16,896 bases of DNA from positions 1-16,896 of the IMG/VR virus record IMGVR_UViG_2609459854_000004; one strand, 5' to 3'. Positions 16,348 to 16,896 of the stretch are shown here, piece after piece (within the stretch, counting starts at the first letter, position 1; each line of letters starts with the position of its first letter). This DNA comes from a virus. Lineage: Duplodnaviria; Heunggongvirae; Uroviricota; Caudoviricetes. The notes beneath the pieces were generated by a model that did not search any database, was not told the origin of the DNA, and saw nothing but the letters and a program-made list of their open reading frames with translations. The translations under genes were made by a program, and so were the position numbers.

Positions 16348-16896
16348 TCACTGTTCAAGCAAATCTGCACGCGCAGCGCTCAAATATTGCAACATTGACC
16401 ACAGAGTCAGTACCGCAGCCACAAAGAAAAGTGCAATACCGGCGTACTCAACCCAAATGTTCGGACGCCACAGCAGCCAGGCCAACGCCACCATCTGGGC
16501 AGTGGTTTTCACTTTCCCAATCCAGGAGACAGCCACGCTACTGCGTTTACCCAACTCCGCCATCCATTCGCGTAGCGCAGAAATAATAATTTCACGGGCG
16601 ATCATCGTTGCCGCCGGTAAGGTCACCCACCAGCTGTGATAATGCTCGGTTACCAGCACCATGGCGATAGCCACGAGAACTTTATCTGCGACAGGGTCAA
16701 GGAAAGCACCAAACCGGGTACTCTGGTTCCAGCGGCGTGCCAGAAAACCATCGAACCAGTCAGTCACCGCCGCGACGCAGAAAATGAGCGCGGCGGCAAA
16801 CGGCGACCAGGTGACAGGCAGATAAAAGACCAATACAAAGAATGGGATAAGGATGACACGGAACAGTGTAAGCAACGTAGGGATATTAAATTGCAT
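16348..16896 (-). CDS. pgsA: CDP-diacylglycerol--glycerol-3-phosphate 3-phosphatidyltransferase (phosphatidylglycerophosphate synthase)
   Basis: 182-aa polytopic membrane protein [25 protein letters not shown]…[27 protein letters not shown]… with the CDP-alcohol phosphatidyltransferase motif (D…DG..AR…G…D…D). Matches E. coli PgsA as I recall it; the ATG lies at the last 3 bases of the window. Confidence 0.9.
   Translation of the reverse strand: MQFNIPTLLTLFRVILIPFFVLVFYLPVTWSPFAAALIFCVAAVTDWFDGFLARRWNQSTRFGAFLDPVADKVLVAIAMVLVTEHYHSWWVTLPAATMIAREIIISALREWMAELGKRSSVAVSWIGKVKTTAQMVALAWLLWRPNIWVEYAGIALFFVAAVLTLWSMLQYLSAARADLLEQ

Noticed and set aside
16320-16639. + strand ORFs (88 and 60 aa) opposite pgsA
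   Set aside because: Antisense to a well-supported conserved gene; no start context.

Overview
This window is the right-hand ~14.5 kb of a P2-like (Peduovirus-type) prophage in an Escherichia/Salmonella-like chromosome, followed by a hok/mok toxin locus, a small secreted-protein gene, the glyW-cysT-leuZ tRNA cluster and pgsA. The phage part carries the tail module J(partial)-I-H-tfa on the + strand, the sheath/tube/chaperone/tape-measure/U block (FI-FII-E/E'-T-U) on the - strand, then D and ogr on the + strand. Relative to canonical P2 order (H-G-Z/fun-FI-FII-E-T-U-D-ogr, all co-directional) the FI..U block is inverted. Three AT-rich cargo insertions sit between conserved phage genes: (a) a macro-domain ORF with a tail-fibre-tip-like C-terminus between H and a lambda-type tfa; (b) a CysE/WcaB-like hexapeptide acetyltransferase at the Z/fun-equivalent position; (c) a complete two-gene Thoeris-like module (ThsA SIR2-SLOG plus ThsB TIR) between D and ogr. 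All calls rest on reading the six-frame translations and recalling family motifs; no database search was run, so family assignments are recognition-based and all ends are approximate.
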